Virus record (IMG/VR): IMGVR_UViG_3300045988_063657
Coordinates: 1-5,804 of that record
Length of the DNA: 5,804 nucleotides
Direction: 5' to 3' (one strand)
Source of the DNA: a virus
Shown piece by piece: positions 5,396 through 5,804 of the stretch; position 1 is the first letter of the stretch; every line of letters starts with the position of its first letter. Below the pieces are notes generated by a model. That model did no database searches. It was not told the origin of the DNA and was given only the letters and a program-made list of their open reading frames with translations. The position numbers were made by a program, and so were the translations under genes.

Positions 5396-5424
5396 TAGCA
5401 GACGGCCTTAAACTCAAAAAGTGC

Positions 5425-5453
5425 TTGACAAATGTACAATTTAGGTGTATAAT
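5425..5453 (+). promoter_or_regulatory. Consensus sigma70 promoter: TTGACA (5425..5430), 17 nt, TATAAT (5448..5453)
   Basis: Both hexamers are perfect and the spacing is optimal, in an intergenic region. It shares TTGACAAA and AGGTGTATA.TA with the 3796 promoter. Confidence 0.8.
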
Positions 5454-5480
5454 AAAGGTGTAGAAAGGAAGTGTACAAAG
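5429..5480 (+). repeat. Four tandem 13-bp iteron-like units, consensus nARRTGTAnAAWn
   Basis: The units are caaATGTAcaatt (5429..5441), tagGTGTAtaata (5442..5454), aagGTGTAgaaag (5455..5467) and gaaGTGTAcaaag (5468..5480). Seven of 13 positions are invariant, and the TGTA cores are exactly 13 bp apart. The array spans from inside the spacer through the -10 to the ATG of the next ORF. Confidence 0.65.
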
Positions 5481-5481
5481 C

Positions 5482-5649
5482 ATGGAAAACCTATACAAAG
5501 ACCTCGACACCGAAACGCTCAACTGGATGGACTACAGATATGAACATTGCGACGGCGCTTGTGAAAAATGTCCGTGCCACGATGTAAGCTATTATTGCAG
5601 CTACATCCACGACCAAGTCAGAAAAGAGCTTAACCGGCGAGGGGAATAA
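5482..5649 (+). CDS. Hypothetical 55-aa Cys/His-rich protein, putatively metal-binding
   Basis: MENLYKDLDTETLNWMDYRYEHCDGACEKCPCHDVSYYCSYIHDQVRKELNRRGE carries the cluster H-C-x3-C-x2-C-x-C-H-x5-C-x3-H. It lies between a consensus promoter and an intrinsic terminator. AAAGGAAG 5464..5471 is 10 nt before the ATG. It is below the size cutoff of the ORF track. Confidence 0.55.
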   Translation: MENLYKDLDTETLNWMDYRYEHCDGACEKCPCHDVSYYCSYIHDQVRKELNRRGE

Positions 5650-5652
5650 ACC

Positions 5653-5699
5653 AAAAAACGTGAGGTTGACGAAAAACAGCCTTGCGTTTTTTTTTTTTT
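5653..5699 (+). terminator. Intrinsic terminator: A6, hairpin, T13
   Basis: The stem pairs 5659..5668 with 5677..5686 (10 bp, including 3 G:U wobbles) around an 8-nt loop. A6 (5653..5658) lies upstream and an uninterrupted T13 (5687..5699) directly downstream. It starts 4 nt after the stop of the Cys-rich ORF. Confidence 0.6.
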
Positions 5700-5804
5700 G
5701 GTAAAATTGACATAGAGAGCCGGCGCCAGAAAACGAAAGGAGAAAGCACTGCCTCCGGCGCCGGTGATCTGTGCTTCAATTCTATTTTTACAAATCTGAA
5801 AAGA
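5686..5804. repeat. Terminal direct repeat, copy 2 (circular-assembly overlap)
   Basis: Identical to 1..119. Confidence 0.95.

Larger units (their letters stand above)
1..5685 (+). mobile_element. One complete unit of a circular ssDNA Microviridae (Gokushovirinae-like) phage genome, 5685 nt
   Basis: The window ends repeat each other exactly (1..119 = 5686..5804). The gene set VP8-like, VP5-like, VP3, VP1, VP2, VP4 lies on a single strand with overlapping or tightly packed ORFs. The size fits the 4.4-6.1 kb typical of gokushoviruses. Confidence 0.85.

Noticed and set aside
5332-5472. ATG-initiated open frame of about 46 codons in the Rep-distal intergenic region
   Set aside because: It runs through two GC hairpins and the consensus promoter. 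The only purine-rich stretch abuts the ATG with about 1 nt of spacing, and the product is low-complexity. It is most likely noncoding.
245-5522. All minus-strand ORFs in the track (245..478, 638..1255, 1126..1824, 1608..1790, 2374..2802, 3094..3414, 3838..4140, 4489..4707, 4569..4817, 4822..5097, 5000..5239, 5292..5522)
   Set aside because: Each lies antisense to a well-supported + strand gene or spans structured intergenic DNA. None has an SD site that I could see. Their Leu/Phe/Cys/Arg-rich compositions are what the reverse complement of Lys/Glu/Ala-rich genes produces; the hydrophobic 245..478 ORF is the shadow of the Lys-rich J-like gene. Microviridae express one strand only.
5687-5699. 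T13 homopolymer (also 2..14), considered as a sequencing or assembly artefact or a poly(A/T) tail
   Set aside because: It sits inside the unique genome next to a hairpin with a matching upstream A6, which is the layout of an intrinsic terminator. Its exact length could still be uncertain in homopolymer-prone sequencing.
1-5804. Checked by eye for tRNA/rRNA genes, CRISPR arrays, integrase or transposase genes and peptidase/lysin genes
   Set aside because: None was found. Apart from the terminal overlap, the only repeats are the 13-bp promoter iterons and the hairpins. No ORF has integrase, transposase or lysin hallmarks.

Overview
The window is one complete unit (5685 nt) of a small circular ssDNA phage genome of the family Microviridae (Gokushovirinae-like). 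It carries a 119-nt assembly overlap: 1..119 is identical to 5686..5804. All credible genes are on the + strand, and most have strong Shine-Dalgarno sites. In order they are: a 34-aa orphan ORF, a 39-aa very basic J/VP8-like DNA-binding protein, a VP5-like protein, the VP3 internal scaffolding protein, the VP1 major capsid protein (553 aa), the VP2 DNA pilot protein (308 aa), a 67-aa ribbon-helix-helix (CopG-like) protein, the VP4 HUH rolling-circle replication initiator (369 aa), and a 55-aa Cys/His-rich ORF. The unusual part is the accessory and regulatory content. There are two near-consensus sigma70 promoters (TTGACA-17-TATATT at 3796 and TTGACA-17-TATAAT at 5425). They are clearly paralogous, and each is overlaid by RGTGTA motifs spaced exactly 13 bp apart. 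One promoter drives an RHH-then-Rep unit, the layout of the copG-repB copy-control operon of rolling-circle plasmids. The other drives the Cys-rich ORF, which ends at an A6-hairpin-T13 terminator just upstream of the structural genes. I read this as a possible RHH-based repression circuit in a microvirus; that is inference. Other observations: GC-rich hairpins in every intergenic region, including a perfect 18-bp stem between the RHH and Rep genes; an orphan SD plus a hydrophobic open frame in frame with the J-like gene and no canonical start; no recognisable lysis gene; and strong GC mosaicism (about 55-65% in VP5, VP3 and the VP1 core versus about 40-45% in the VP1 surface loop and Rep). Family assignments rest on motifs I recall, not on database searches.
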